Part shown: positions 1 through 9,991 of the stretch, piece by piece
How the letters are laid out: each line of letters begins with the position of its first letter
How positions within the stretch are numbered: position 1 is the stretch's first letter
The notes under the pieces: model-generated
Database searches by the model: none
Seen by the model: the letters and a program-made list of their open reading frames with translations, nothing else
Told to the model about the DNA's origin: nothing
Made by a program: the position numbers and the translations under genes
Source: a virus
Lineage: Duplodnaviria > Caudoviricetes
Virus record (IMG/VR): IMGVR_UViG_3300044724_008054
Location: 1,129-65,128 of that record
DNA length: 64,000 nt
Reading direction: 5' to 3' (one strand)

Positions 1-1323
1 AGTGAATACTTCTTCAACAAGTGTGTTGAAATATAATATGTTTCTTGGAACGTATATGCTTGGTTCATCTGTCTTGTCCGATGCCTTTGTTTTACGCCAA
101 TGTTTTACCTCTGGCTTGTATTTCATTGATTCTATATCGTTTAGATCGTTTGCTATCTGTATCGCTCTGATCTGATTGTAAACATTATGGGCCATCATTA
201 GCACATAACTGAAACTGTCCCAACTGGTTGCACCAACTTTGCCATTTTTATTTAGGTCATTCTCACCATACCAACAAACATCCTTCATTTTCAGTCTACG
301 TCCGATGCCACTGTCAAATGGAAACTGTATGTCTGATCCTTTTAAATTTTTATCATCTGGAGCCTTGTCCATGACAAATGAGAATCTGTCATTGGCGAAT
401 GAGTTGTGTGTATAGACCAACCCGTTTGCAGTCGACAAGAATGCTGATGCACTGTCAAAACTGATCGTGAAGTTTGGATTTATATGTTTTCTGACCTGTC
501 TCTGTACCTGTGTAAGATAACACCCCCAGTCCATCTGTGAAGTTCCTAGTACGTGCATCCAGTCCTTGCCGTCGAGTTTCTTCTCATCTCTCATTATGAT
601 CAACCTTTTCAGCATGACTTCCATGTCACACATGTTGATACCACCCATTGCCCAACCTTCGAATTCGAAATCTTTGACAGCGTCATACCATATCTGTGCT
701 GTGTTCCAGTCATCGCCTTGTAGCACATTCAAAAGTTTTGTCTGTCCCAATCTGTTCTTTTGGAAGAACTTGTTGTTGTATATTGTTCCGTCCAGTGTGT
801 CTTGGAAACTTGTAAGTCCTGTCTTTGGACTGTTTAGGTCGTCTGCCGCCCATGTGGGTACATCCAGTGTCATTGCCCAATCACTAGTAAGTTCTAGCCA
901 GTTGAGTATGTCTGATCTCACTTTGTTTGCTTTGTTACCTTCGAAATCTTTCCAATCAAATTTGATAACACCTTTTCCTATCTGGTATCCACCGGAATCG
1001 CCCACTATCGTACTGAACTTCCTGTCTCTGTTTACGAACATGTGATCCCTGTCATTGACCTTTTCCATGTCCAAGCAGGCATGTCCCGCCGAGTACAGTG
1101 CAGTTGGGTATGTGAACATACCTTGTTCAGGATTCAAGAAGTTCAACCCTTCAACACCATTTTCAAAACCCTGTGGTATTCTCTCTGTTGATATGTGTTT
1201 GCCTTCCGATACCCTCTGCTTACTGATAAACGTGTTGTAGAAGTTTGATATAGCAGGCAAGAACACCGCGAAGTCTCTACTCAACTCCCCTAAGTGTTCC
1301 TGCTTGTTATTGCTCGTCGTCAT
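1..1323 (-). CDS. tRNA-guanine transglycosylase-fold protein (DpdA-like 7-deazaguanine insertase candidate), runs off the left edge
   Basis: Not in the ORF track. Manual translation from ATG at 1323 (TAATG overlap with the upstream stop) is open to base 1 (441 codons): MTTSNNKQEHLGELSRDFAVFLPAIS...TIVGDSGGYQIGKG...TLDVP...NVLQG...GWAMGG...MHVLGTS...ISFDSAS. DSGG(Y/F)Q, QG, H-x-LG and FDS are TGT-family motifs. Confidence 0.75.
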   Translation of the reverse strand, partial: MTTSNNKQEHLGELSRDFAVFLPAISNFYNTFISKQRVSEGKHISTERIPQGFENGVEGLNFLNPEQGMFTYPTALYSAGHACLDMEKVNDRDHMFVNRDRKFSTIVGDSGGYQIGKGVIKFDWKDFEGNKANKVRSDILNWLELTSDWAMTLDVPTWAADDLNSPKTGLTSFQDTLDGTIYNNKFFQKNRLGQTKLLNVLQGDDWNTAQIWYDAVKDFEFEGWAMGGINMCDMEVMLKRLIIMRDEKKLDGKDWMHVLGTSQMDWGCYLTQVQRQVRKHINPNFTISFDSASAFLSTANGLVYTHNSFANDRFSFVMDKAPDDKNLKGSDIQFPFDSGIGRRLKMKDVCWYGENDLNKNGKVGATSWDSFSYVLMMAHNVYNQIRAIQIANDLNDIESMKYKPEVKHWRKTKASDKTDEPSIYVPRNILYFNTLVEEVFT

Positions 1324-2060
1324 TATTGCGCCTGTGCTGGTATGATGTATTGATACTTGCCCAACCCCGAGTCAACAGAGACCTGCATCGCACCCTCGTT
1401 AGAGAAGTGTAATGTGACCTTTGCTGAATCCGAAAGTTTAAGTATTTGTAACACCTGTCCTACTGGCCAACTCCAACCTTTGTTAAGTGTGCCCTTAACG
1501 TCAGTTGCAAATGTAAACTCACCACCATGCGATGCTTGATCACCAAAAGTGAAAATCAAGTTTCCATCCTCGGTCCTCACAACGAATGAGTTGTGTTCTG
1601 TGTTTGCAGTTGCTTGGAAGTTGAATCTTTGCACACTTGCCACGCTCGGTTCGATCTCAACGTCCCACTTAACACCTTTGAACTTCACGGTCTTAAGTTT
1701 CTCGTTGATGATCTCGGCATTCATAAATCTGTAGTCATTCTTGAAGTCACCCTTTTCGTTCTCGAAGTGGATGCCTGTTGGAACAGTTGCACCGTTTCTC
1801 TCACCGGACAACACAGTTATGTTCGCCTTCTCCTTGTACTCCGGACACTTCAGGTGGATGTCTAACTTACCCATCTGAGGCATACCAAAAGTACCCGTCA
1901 TCTCTGATTGTGGTTTGTGGAAAGACCCTTGTAGGATCACGGATCTGTCTTCTGCCATTGAATCAATTGCAGTCTCCTCAGTGCTACCACTGATTTTGAC
2001 AAGATCTAGGAATCCCAGTCCATGCGTATGTTTAACGATGTCTTTTAAGATGTCTATCAT
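1323..2060 (-). CDS. DNA polymerase sliding clamp (gp45/PCNA-like)
   Basis: 245 aa with a two-domain alpha/beta pattern; lies next to polB; a clamp loader is present at 34904-35827. Confidence 0.6.
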   Translation of the reverse strand: MIDILKDIVKHTHGLGFLDLVKISGSTEETAIDSMAEDRSVILQGSFHKPQSEMTGTFGMPQMGKLDIHLKCPEYKEKANITVLSGERNGATVPTGIHFENEKGDFKNDYRFMNAEIINEKLKTVKFKGVKWDVEIEPSVASVQRFNFQATANTEHNSFVVRTEDGNLIFTFGDQASHGGEFTFATDVKGTLNKGWSWPVGQVLQILKLSDSAKVTLHFSNEGAMQVSVDSGLGKYQYIIPAQAQ

Positions 2061-2069
2061 AATGTTTTA

Positions 2070-2098
2070 ATTGTATATGATATTTAGATCTTAGTCTA
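2070..2098 (-). promoter_or_regulatory. sigma70-like promoter for the clamp-TGT unit
   Basis: TAGACT-17 nt-TACAAT, 9 nt upstream of ATG 2060. Confidence 0.55.
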
Positions 2099-2888
2099 GT
2101 GTTATTTCAGAAACTTTGTACACAACTGGATTTTGTTTACCAGGATTACGGAAAATGGCATAACTGGCACCCGGTCGGAATTGATTCATCTCCACAACCT
2201 CGTAACCTTCGTCCTTTATCATCTTTTCCATATCGGTCTTGGTATTGTAGTTCCAGTAGCCTCTCTTGGCGAGATCTAGTTCTAGATCGTAATGGCAGTC
2301 TGCATAGTGTATGAATCCATACCCACCTGGTATAAGCACACGTTTGATGTCATGCAGGTACTGTTGTACGTGCTGTTGTGTGAAGAAAACAAAGGTGTCC
2401 CAACTGAACACTAGATTACAACTGCCCTGTGGAACAGATGAACAGTCGGTCTTTGTTGTGGTGCAAAATTTCAGGTACTTGTGATGTCTTGGATTGAATT
2501 TTTGTCTTATTACCTTTTCCCTGTCCAATAACACGTCAACAAAGAAATTCAGCCTCCATGTTCGAAAATCCATAGAAAACATTCCGTTGCCTGGTCCAAT
2601 CTCTAGACTGTTGTAAAGGTTTGTTCTAGCAAACTGGAATATCTTGCTTTGAACCATTCTTTCTGTTACAGGATCAACAAATGGTTTCAATTTCTTTTGT
2701 TCTATGTCTCTACGGAACCACTCCGGAGTCTTGTCTAGTCTGTCTATGACCTCTTTGTTGTTTGCGTCAACGGCCAACTCTATGTCTTTTAGTATCTTGA
2801 GATTTGAATCTATGAGTGCCTGCAGGTCCTCTTTTTTGACCTTTTCTAGTTTCTCGATCAGTAGTTTTATTTCTTCAATGCTCAGCAT
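2091..2888 (-). CDS. class I SAM-dependent methyltransferase
   Basis: SAM-binding motif SLEIGPGNG, NLVFSWDTF, post-motif LIPGGYGFI. Confidence 0.8.
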   Translation of the reverse strand: MLSIEEIKLLIEKLEKVKKEDLQALIDSNLKILKDIELAVDANNKEVIDRLDKTPEWFRRDIEQKKLKPFVDPVTERMVQSKIFQFARTNLYNSLEIGPGNGMFSMDFRTWRLNFFVDVLLDREKVIRQKFNPRHHKYLKFCTTTKTDCSSVPQGSCNLVFSWDTFVFFTQQHVQQYLHDIKRVLIPGGYGFIHYADCHYDLELDLAKRGYWNYNTKTDMEKMIKDEGYEVVEMNQFRPGASYAIFRNPGKQNPVVYKVSEITLD

Positions 2889-2896
2889 ACACTTAT

Positions 2897-5560
2897 TTAG
2901 AATTCAAACAGTTTGTTGAATGTATTACTGGTTTCTGTTGATTGGACGTCCCACCCCAGAACCCCTATAAGATTGTCTATCTTTTGATCCAATATAGTTG
3001 ACTCCATTGCATCACCATCAAAAGGCAAGTCCTTGAACCATTCCGGAATACGCATCTCATCTACTGGATACGCGATGCTTGTATAACCCATTGGGTTATT
3101 CTTGAGTTTGCACACAATCACTTTTGCACCATCCGTTATTGGCATACTGTACTTGTCACCATACATCTCCCTGCATCTGTTCCAGTTTATACTTGCCCTC
3201 ACGTGTCCCGGCATGTTTGCTCTACCCTTGGCTTCTTCAGCCGCTGTGTACTTGGTCATGTTGTTTGCCCTCTTGGGTGATCCTTTCTCCCAACCTGGTC
3301 TCGATTTGAACTCCGCTCTAAATTCACTTATTCTATCCAGTACATTCTTCTCTTCTTTTCCTGTGAGCACCATGTACAGAAGATCACTCAAGAAGTCTTG
3401 TACGAACACAGGAGTGTCAGATCTTTTCAGATCCAATCCCATTGCCTTCATTTTTCCTTCTTTGCCTTCCACGTCTGTGCGTTTGCCTTCCTTGTCGTAG
3501 TACAGCACTGCATATCTTTTCTTTGTGATGAACAGTCCTTTTGATGCAACAAGTTCCCTACCTGCTTTGATTACTTCTCCCCTTGTGCTTGGAGTGTGGA
3601 ATGCTTTTGTCATGAATGCCTTGAACGAGATATTCACTTCTTCTGCAATTTTATCATACAACGCAATCACAGATTCTTTGGTCCATGGAATAGTGCCTTC
3701 GTTTATTTCTTTCTTTAAAGTTTTGTGTGCTGAAAAATACACAGAGTCTGTGTCACCATACACAACACTCTCACCTTTGTGGTCATACTTGCCTGCGACT
3801 ATCTCGTTCACTTTGGCTCCCATGTGTTTTGTTATACATCTACCTGTCAATGTCACACTTTGTCCTATACGTATGTCAAAGAATCTACATCCTGGATTTA
3901 GGATTGCACCATACAGACTGTTCAGGTTAATCTTTTTAACAAGTTGCCTCTTGTCCCAATACTCTCGCTCAATCTCGTTGTCTCCGCAGTCACGCATCTT
4001 TTGTTGCATCTCCTGTCTCTCTGCATACCAACGTTTCAATAATCCTGGAATGATCGCTTCATACTCGTATGTGAATATTGTACCATTGGCACTCAACATC
4101 CATTTGTTGTTGCCGTCGAATATTATCTCATACATCTGTGCCGCACTCATACGCACACTGGTTTTGTCTTCCCAGTCTACAATTATTTCCGTACCTTTCT
4201 CCTTGTTCATCACCGCAACATACTCCCAACTACCGAACTGGCTATCCCAAGCCGCCGCAAATGATTTCTTGGCGTGTTTGGCCCTGTTGATCTCTGCTGA
4301 AGTTATCACAGGCCTTATCTGTCCTATAATGGTCTCCGGTCCCATGTTCAGTGCCCTAATCACACTTGGGTACAGTGAGTTGATGTCAATGGATCCTATC
4401 CAGTCGTGTATTCCTTTTTGCGGAGTGGCCACGTATGCACCCGCCGCCGGTTGGTTCTCTTCGCCATCCTTCTTGTACTTCCTGCCAGGCACAATCATAC
4501 CACGCCTGTGTGTTTCGTTTACGATTGCTTGTTCTGTAACTGCAACTGCACCCATCGTTGTTTGTAGCAACACAGTGTTTTGGTGTGCAATCTCATTGGC
4601 CAGTTCTATGAATTTTAGTTTCTTTTCGAGTTTGGCCAACAGTGCAGTATCTTGCCTGTTGTATTCTATGAACAATCCAAAATCGTTTTTGTACAGGTTG
4701 TCTAAGGAACCCTCGTATACAGTTTTCTTTTCACCCAGCTCATGCTCTCCTATCGCATCAAGTCTGAAACTGTGCCTCTCCTCGTATGTGTATTTCCTAT
4801 AAAGTTCTAGCAAGTCCAAGTGTACCCGACCGATCAGATCAAAACTCAACTGTTCCCTGCCGTATTTTTCAAACACTCTCTTCTTGGGTTTTTGACCCCA
4901 GAAGCACAATCTCCTTGTGTCATCACCACTCAGCACTTTCTGTATCCTACCAACTGTGTATGGAATATCATATCCCTCACTGTTCCAACCTGACAGTATG
5001 TCTGCGTCTTCCACTAGTTGTAAGAATGCGTCCAGCATGTCTTTCTCTTTCTCGAACAACATCGTATTTGAAAATCTCTCTGTCAATACTTTTGCATCTT
5101 GCATACTGATTGTCTTTGGAGGTACTGCAAGTGTGACCAGTTGATCCGTCCAGCTCATATAACAACTTATGGCAGTTATGGGCATGAACGGATCATCTGT
5201 AGTTGAGTAACCCCTCTCAGGGTCAAAGTCAACTTCAATATCAAAGAACATGGTGTTCAACTTGGGAGTCTCCTTGCCTAGGTAGTTCTCCTCAAGGCAT
5301 CTGAACACTGGATTGATATCTTGTTCATAAAGTTGCTTGTTGGACCTAATCCTCTGCTCCTTAATGAATTCCTTGTTTGTCTGACACACCACTCTCTGCA
5401 ATGGTTCTCCAGTCATGCTTCTGTGTTTGCCCCTCGCATCTGGATAGTAGAAAACGTAACGTGCATCGTATTCTACGAACACACGACCCTTCTTGGGATC
5501 ACGTTCTACAACGTATATCCTGTCTTCGTCTTTTTTGTATAGTGCGTCTATGTAACTCAT
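2897..5560 (-). CDS. family B DNA polymerase with 3'-5' exonuclease (T4 gp43-like)
   Basis: Exo motifs FFDIEV, GWNSEGYD; polymerase motifs DINSLYPS, KINLNSLYG, YGDTDS, KKRY. Start moved to MSYID (5560), directly after the upstream stop. Confidence 0.97.
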   Translation of the reverse strand: MSYIDALYKKDEDRIYVVERDPKKGRVFVEYDARYVFYYPDARGKHRSMTGEPLQRVVCQTNKEFIKEQRIRSNKQLYEQDINPVFRCLEENYLGKETPKLNTMFFDIEVDFDPERGYSTTDDPFMPITAISCYMSWTDQLVTLAVPPKTISMQDAKVLTERFSNTMLFEKEKDMLDAFLQLVEDADILSGWNSEGYDIPYTVGRIQKVLSGDDTRRLCFWGQKPKKRVFEKYGREQLSFDLIGRVHLDLLELYRKYTYEERHSFRLDAIGEHELGEKKTVYEGSLDNLYKNDFGLFIEYNRQDTALLAKLEKKLKFIELANEIAHQNTVLLQTTMGAVAVTEQAIVNETHRRGMIVPGRKYKKDGEENQPAAGAYVATPQKGIHDWIGSIDINSLYPSVIRALNMGPETIIGQIRPVITSAEINRAKHAKKSFAAAWDSQFGSWEYVAVMNKEKGTEIIVDWEDKTSVRMSAAQMYEIIFDGNNKWMLSANGTIFTYEYEAIIPGLLKRWYAERQEMQQKMRDCGDNEIEREYWDKRQLVKKINLNSLYGAILNPGCRFFDIRIGQSVTLTGRCITKHMGAKVNEIVAGKYDHKGESVVYGDTDSVYFSAHKTLKKEINEGTIPWTKESVIALYDKIAEEVNISFKAFMTKAFHTPSTRGEVIKAGRELVASKGLFITKKRYAVLYYDKEGKRTDVEGKEGKMKAMGLDLKRSDTPVFVQDFLSDLLYMVLTGKEEKNVLDRISEFRAEFKSRPGWEKGSPKRANNMTKYTAAEEAKGRANMPGHVRASINWNRCREMYGDKYSMPITDGAKVIVCKLKNNPMGYTSIAYPVDEMRIPEWFKDLPFDGDAMESTILDQKIDNLIGVLGWDVQSTETSNTFNKLFEF

Positions 5561-5561
5561 C

Positions 5562-5846
5562 TTACCACCAATAACTTGCCACGCCGTAGCCGTAGACATT
5601 TATGATTGCGAAGTAGCCAGTGATCATCATCACGAACGCCGCTTCTCTCCTGTATGAAGCATAACATTGTGTGAGTGCTCCTACTAGGAATCCCGGATAC
5701 ACTATAGTCATGTCCGGATCCGAGGCTGTGATCGCAAGTGTTAGGCTGGCTCCAACTGTGAAAATGAAACTGACGAGTTCGAAGTAGAACGCCGTCCTGT
5801 CACTCTCAAAACTACGAAGCCAGAATGATCTGACTTTCGCCAACAT
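5562..5846 (-). CDS. small membrane protein (about 3 TM helices)
   Basis: Hydrophobic 94 aa ORF coupled by overlap to its neighbours. Confidence 0.6.
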   Translation of the reverse strand: MLAKVRSFWLRSFESDRTAFYFELVSFIFTVGASLTLAITASDPDMTIVYPGFLVGALTQCYASYRREAAFVMMITGYFAIINVYGYGVASYWW

Positions 5847-6103
5847 TAAAGTTTGCCGGCCGTGTTTAGGATGCTCTCCAGCGTGTCCATCTCGTCCGCG
5901 ATGTTCTGGTAGTTGCCCTTGTGTGCCACTGATATCGCTTTGTTGATAAGTGCTGGTTTCAGTTCCAGTTCTTCCGCTATTGCCTTGACTGTGTCTTTCA
6001 ATCCACCTTTCAAGTCCTCGACCTCACCCAGTACCTGTGAGCCCTGTGATATGATCTGTATTAGTTTCTGCTTCTCAGCGTCGTTGAAGTTTCTTACTGC
6101 CAT
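5846..6103 (-). CDS. dsDNA-binding protein (T4 DsbA/GapR-like)
   Basis: 85 aa helical protein, pattern EVEDLKGGLKDTVKAIAEELELKPALINKAI; SD AGGAG. Confidence 0.55.
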   Translation of the reverse strand: MAVRNFNDAEKQKLIQIISQGSQVLGEVEDLKGGLKDTVKAIAEELELKPALINKAISVAHKGNYQNIADEMDTLESILNTAGKL

Positions 6104-6128
6104 TTGTTTCTCCTGTTGTTATCCAACA

Positions 6129-6157
6129 AGTATATAACAGAATTGTAAGGAATGCAA
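6129..6157 (-). promoter_or_regulatory. sigma70-like promoter for the dsbA-like/polB unit
   Basis: TTGCAT-17 nt-TATACT. Confidence 0.55.
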
Positions 6158-6184
6158 ATTATTTTTTCTTGGTGGCCTAGTATT

Positions 6185-6793
6185 TTACCGCAAGAACCTT
6201 CGAAGGTCTTTTTCCACTTGTGCTATTTGGTCATCCACTGTGTCTCTGTCATCATCGGAGTTATTGATCACGTGTAAATCATCAAACAAACGCCGGAACC
6301 TTCCCAGATTTTGTGTAATGGTTTTGAAATTCCGATGTATTAGTTCATCTGGTAATGTACGTTCCCTTTCTTTGTTCCTACGCAGTGCGGTCTGTAGATC
6401 TGTGTTGACGAAAACCATGGTCGTTTCATATCCTTTGTCCTCGAGCTCTTTGTTGATATCTCGCACGGTTTCGTATGATCTGCCGGTTGAATCGATCAAC
6501 AAGCCCAGGCCACTCTTGGTGTGTGACTGTTGCTGTTTGGCGACCAATTCTTTTGATCTTTGCCTTTGTCTTTCTCTCTCGGGTTCTTCTTCGGGAGGCA
6601 TTTTCCAAGACAGGTTTTTCTTTGTCATGAGACGCTTGAACCAGATATCCATGTTCACCTGTTTCAATCCTTGAAATGTGCCTGCTAATCTCCTGGCAAC
6701 ATACGTCTTGCCCGCACCGGGAGACCCAGCGAAAAAAATTGCCTTGTGGGTGTAAGGATCATGAGGACCTTCTGTGATGTCTTTGATCTTCAT
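6185..6793 (-). CDS. P-loop kinase (zeta-toxin/AAA_33-like) with capsid-targeting-like leader
   Basis: Walker A GSPGAGKT, LLIDSTG, lid ALRRNKERERT; N-terminus MKIKDITE. Confidence 0.75.
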   Translation of the reverse strand: MKIKDITEGPHDPYTHKAIFFAGSPGAGKTYVARRLAGTFQGLKQVNMDIWFKRLMTKKNLSWKMPPEEEPERERQRQRSKELVAKQQQSHTKSGLGLLIDSTGRSYETVRDINKELEDKGYETTMVFVNTDLQTALRRNKERERTLPDELIHRNFKTITQNLGRFRRLFDDLHVINNSDDDRDTVDDQIAQVEKDLRRFLR

Positions 6794-7185
6794 TTTTTTT
6801 TGGTTTTGACGTTTTTGGCTTTACCACGCCTGTTGGGATTGGGATCTTGTCTTCTCTTTCTCTGAGCCGCACTCGCCCTACCCTTCTTGCCGAGAGCGTA
6901 GGCCTTCTTGGCTGGTAAACATTTCGGTTTGCCTTCCTTCTCACTGCCACGAGCACAGGCTCCACGGATCTTGCCCTTGGGACCGAAACGCACCCATTTC
7001 TGTTTGAACCATTTCTTGAGGTCCTCGTTCAATGTCTCTGCCATTATGATGTCGCCACAACGCACACAGAAGTCGACGTCCTCACGTTTGACGCAGTTGG
7101 GCACACGTTTTCCGAACATGGTCTTCATGCCCCGCTTCTCGTACCCCTTCCAACACTTCTCTGTGATTACGTCTGTGATTCTCAT
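6790..7185 (-). CDS. modular basic Cys-containing protein, putative internal head protein
   Basis: Leader MRITDVITE followed by three short modules separated at Glu; ATGA overlaps on both sides. Confidence 0.6.
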   Translation of the reverse strand: MRITDVITEKCWKGYEKRGMKTMFGKRVPNCVKREDVDFCVRCGDIIMAETLNEDLKKWFKQKWVRFGPKGKIRGACARGSEKEGKPKCLPAKKAYALGKKGRASAAQRKRRQDPNPNRRGKAKNVKTKKK

Positions 7186-7364
7186 TTGCTCTTGTTACCC
7201 CAGTTGGCCGCACCCTTCTTGCGACACTGGACCAGAGCACCACTGGCATAGGCCGATGGCCAAACTTTGTATCTTGATTTAACCTTGTGGTAGCAGGCGT
7301 CCTTCTTCTCTGCCAATTTCTCAAATTCGGCTTCGGATATCCCAACTACTTCCGTGATCTTCAT
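7182..7364 (-). CDS. small basic protein, putative internal head protein
   Basis: MKITEVV leader plus KKDACYHKVKSRYKVWPSAYASGALVQCRKKG module. Confidence 0.6.
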   Translation of the reverse strand: MKITEVVGISEAEFEKLAEKKDACYHKVKSRYKVWPSAYASGALVQCRKKGAANWGNKSK

Positions 7365-9317
7365 TTACCATTTCCTGCATGACCAATATCTGGCCTTGGT
7401 CTTTGGTCCTGGGTTGGCACAGTTGTGACGTGCCCTGAAACTTTTCCTCGCCTTTGGATTTGACTTCCTGATCTTCATCGTCTTCTGTCCCGCCTTCCTG
7501 GCTGAACTTCCACCGTGTCCGAAGTTGACCTTCTTGACGTTGCCAGATTTTGGATCTTTGACATACACTTTGAATTTCTTCACATCACCACGCATTGGTT
7601 TATTAAGCGGAACTTTACGTCCTCTGTACTCCGCGTCAAACAATTCGTTCTCGTCTTCTGGGAAACCCAGTTCACCAAACGCTTCGTAGAACGCATCATC
7701 GTCCTCGAAAGTCATCTCGTCTTCTTCTGGGAACGGTTTGAATGATTCTTCTGCTTGGACTTGTTTGAACATTGAAGAACCCGCCACTTTACCTATGGCT
7801 GTGCTGGCCACGTCGAAGTGTGCCCTGCCCTTCTCCTGTTGTCCCTGTTCTGACCATTTGATGGATCCTGACGGCATGCCCAGTGTCTTCTCCAGTGCGG
7901 CTTCCACCGCCTTGTCCGTGTAGATCTCCCATGGTCCGTCGTGTTCCATTGTGAGTTCCACGTAGTCATCCATGTCAGGATAGTGTGATATCATGATGGA
8001 CTCCACGTTGATCACGCCTGGGATATCGGCCTTGTTGGCCCAGACTGATTCTCCGCTGGGTCTGATCGCGAATGCCTTGCCCGTGTATTCGTAGTATTTT
8101 GTTTCGTTGTCGTCTTCCTGGATGCCTGACAGTTCCTTGAGCCTGCTGAGTTCGTCCTCGTGTTCTGAAACTGATTCGGACGCCTGTACTCTTGAAACTT
8201 TTCTCTGCAATGGCGTGCCTTCGAAATCCTGTTGGAAAACCAACATGGCCGACGATATGTGTGGATCGTCGTCGATGTAATCCAGCACTCCTCTGATCGT
8301 CTTGACCGTGTAATCTTGACCTTTGCTCTTTAACTTTTCTAGGCCAGCCGTATAGTTCGTGGCGTGTTGTGAAAAATCCTTGGCTTGGTAGTAACCATCA
8401 TCATTCGTTAACAGATCTTCATCACCGAATTTTTCCTCCACATCCAATACATCGTCTGCGAATTGATCTAGGTTGCCTTTGGCATGTGATTGTTGTAAAA
8501 ATTCCTTTACTTTTGGAAGAAGTTTTATCTGTTCGTCATCGAGGTCATATGGATCATCGCCAATTTCATTCACTCCTTCGAGAGCCCTTTCAAAATATTC
8601 GTTTGCGGTGGCAGTCAACCACTTCGCGAACTGCTGTCTCTCCTGTGGCGTTAACGGAGTCTTGTCCACGTCACCGTATTTCTCCATGTTGTCCGCATAT
8701 TCATCACGATTTTCATAATCAAAGTAATTGTCGCCTGCGTCTTCTGAAACTGATTCATCTAGTGCCACCAGGGCCTCTTCCGCGTTTGTCAGTGACTGCA
8801 ACGCTGACCTCTTGGCATCCTCGTCCACAGACAGTGCTTCCACCCTGTCCTTGATCTGCGATATGTCCAGCATCACCTTCGTGAATTCAATCTTGTCGTC
8901 GTCCGCCAGTTCGTTGATCTCGTTTGTTGGCACGTGTGCACCGCCCTGCATCTTTTCGTAGTGTTCCGCGGCCTCTTCTGGAGTTAGACCTAACTCATCA
9001 GCATGACCCATGAACTGGTCCTTGGTCATGTTCTGTGCCATATTGGCGATCTTCTCGCCTGCGTCTTCCTGCACCGGTACGTTCACACCGTCGATCCTGT
9101 TTAGTATGTTTCTTATTTCTACCATTGATTCTGCTATCGGTGAGTTGCCCATCTGCATCTGTGTCCTGTCGTTTGTGAATTGTGTTGTTTTTGCCAAACC
9201 CCTGCTACCTGCACTTGCTGGAGACTGGATCTGTTTGCCTGCGTCTACTGTACCCTGATCACGCAGTCTAACTGTGTCATCAACGTATTTGCCATAGTTA
9301 TAGGGTATTGAGCTCAT
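7365..9317 (-). CDS. acidic modular polyprotein with basic C-terminal module
   Basis: 650 aa; repeated QEDAG/ESVSEDAG/ESVSE/QEDD boundaries; ATAAATA late promoter 6 nt upstream. Confidence 0.7.
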   Translation of the reverse strand: MSSIPYNYGKYVDDTVRLRDQGTVDAGKQIQSPASAGSRGLAKTTQFTNDRTQMQMGNSPIAESMVEIRNILNRIDGVNVPVQEDAGEKIANMAQNMTKDQFMGHADELGLTPEEAAEHYEKMQGGAHVPTNEINELADDDKIEFTKVMLDISQIKDRVEALSVDEDAKRSALQSLTNAEEALVALDESVSEDAGDNYFDYENRDEYADNMEKYGDVDKTPLTPQERQQFAKWLTATANEYFERALEGVNEIGDDPYDLDDEQIKLLPKVKEFLQQSHAKGNLDQFADDVLDVEEKFGDEDLLTNDDGYYQAKDFSQHATNYTAGLEKLKSKGQDYTVKTIRGVLDYIDDDPHISSAMLVFQQDFEGTPLQRKVSRVQASESVSEHEDELSRLKELSGIQEDDNETKYYEYTGKAFAIRPSGESVWANKADIPGVINVESIMISHYPDMDDYVELTMEHDGPWEIYTDKAVEAALEKTLGMPSGSIKWSEQGQQEKGRAHFDVASTAIGKVAGSSMFKQVQAEESFKPFPEEDEMTFEDDDAFYEAFGELGFPEDENELFDAEYRGRKVPLNKPMRGDVKKFKVYVKDPKSGNVKKVNFGHGGSSARKAGQKTMKIRKSNPKARKSFRARHNCANPGPKTKARYWSCRKW

Positions 9318-9326
9318 ATGCTGTAT

Positions 9327-9968
9327 TTATTTCCACAGCACCATCTTGAAACGTTCTTTGTCTATACCAAAGAACCGTGTTTTCCATTCGCTCTGCTCGA
9401 AAAAGCCCAATCCGTGCCATTCTTCCTTGCGTTCCAGCATCTGTTCTGCCCTTTCATCCCAGTCCTGGTTCACGAGGAACTCCTCCATCCGCGCCTTCTT
9501 GTCCTCGATCTCGTTGTATTCGAAACTGTCATACTCCCAGTGTAGCAGTTCGAACACGTTGCCGTCCCTGTCACAGTAGTCTATTGAAAAATCTAATCCC
9601 CACTTAGGTTTCATCGACACCAGTTTGTGGAACTGTGGCCTGTAGTCTGCCCATGATTTCAGTTGTTGCAGTGCGTCTCCGCTATACCCTTTCCTCTCGA
9701 ACATCACAGCATGATTTATGTGTGGACCAGAATCTGGGGAATCAGCAGTGAACCATGTTTTTCGTAGTGTGATGTGTTCCCCGTCCCTGTGTTTTGTGGT
9801 ATTTTCGCCGTTGGCCACAGCATATAGTTGTTCCAGTCGAGTAAGGTCATAGCCATTCTGGTCAAACAGGTCAACTGTGTCTTTGGGTGGACAGGCAAAC
9901 ACACTTGTGATACGTTCACTCCAGTAGGGATTGGGGGTGAATTTATTGTCGGTCAAGTGTAGTTGCAT
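9327..9968 (-). CDS. hypothetical protein
   Basis: 213 aa ORF on the majority strand; late-promoter-like TAAATA upstream. Confidence 0.7.
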   Translation of the reverse strand: MQLHLTDNKFTPNPYWSERITSVFACPPKDTVDLFDQNGYDLTRLEQLYAVANGENTTKHRDGEHITLRKTWFTADSPDSGPHINHAVMFERKGYSGDALQQLKSWADYRPQFHKLVSMKPKWGLDFSIDYCDRDGNVFELLHWEYDSFEYNEIEDKKARMEEFLVNQDWDERAEQMLERKEEWHGLGFFEQSEWKTRFFGIDKERFKMVLWK

Positions 9969-9991
9969 ACACTTATATTTAATTTTTTAGA

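Noticed and set aside
3525-4802. 425-aa plus-strand ORF and many other plus-strand ORFs in the track
   Set aside because: Antisense shadows of clear minus-strand genes (polB and others); Ser/Leu/Phe-rich mirror composition and no motifs
2897-5560. Intein or intron in polB (also checked clpA and the clamp loader)
   Set aside because: Lengths and motif spacing are normal; no C/S...HN splice motifs or frame breaks
6790-6801. A9 run before TGA as a -1 frameshift fusing the basic protein to the kinase (shorter runs at 15500 and 16528)
   Set aside because: Explained by terminal Lys codons plus ordinary ATGA coupling; no stimulatory structure noticed and the downstream genes have their own starts
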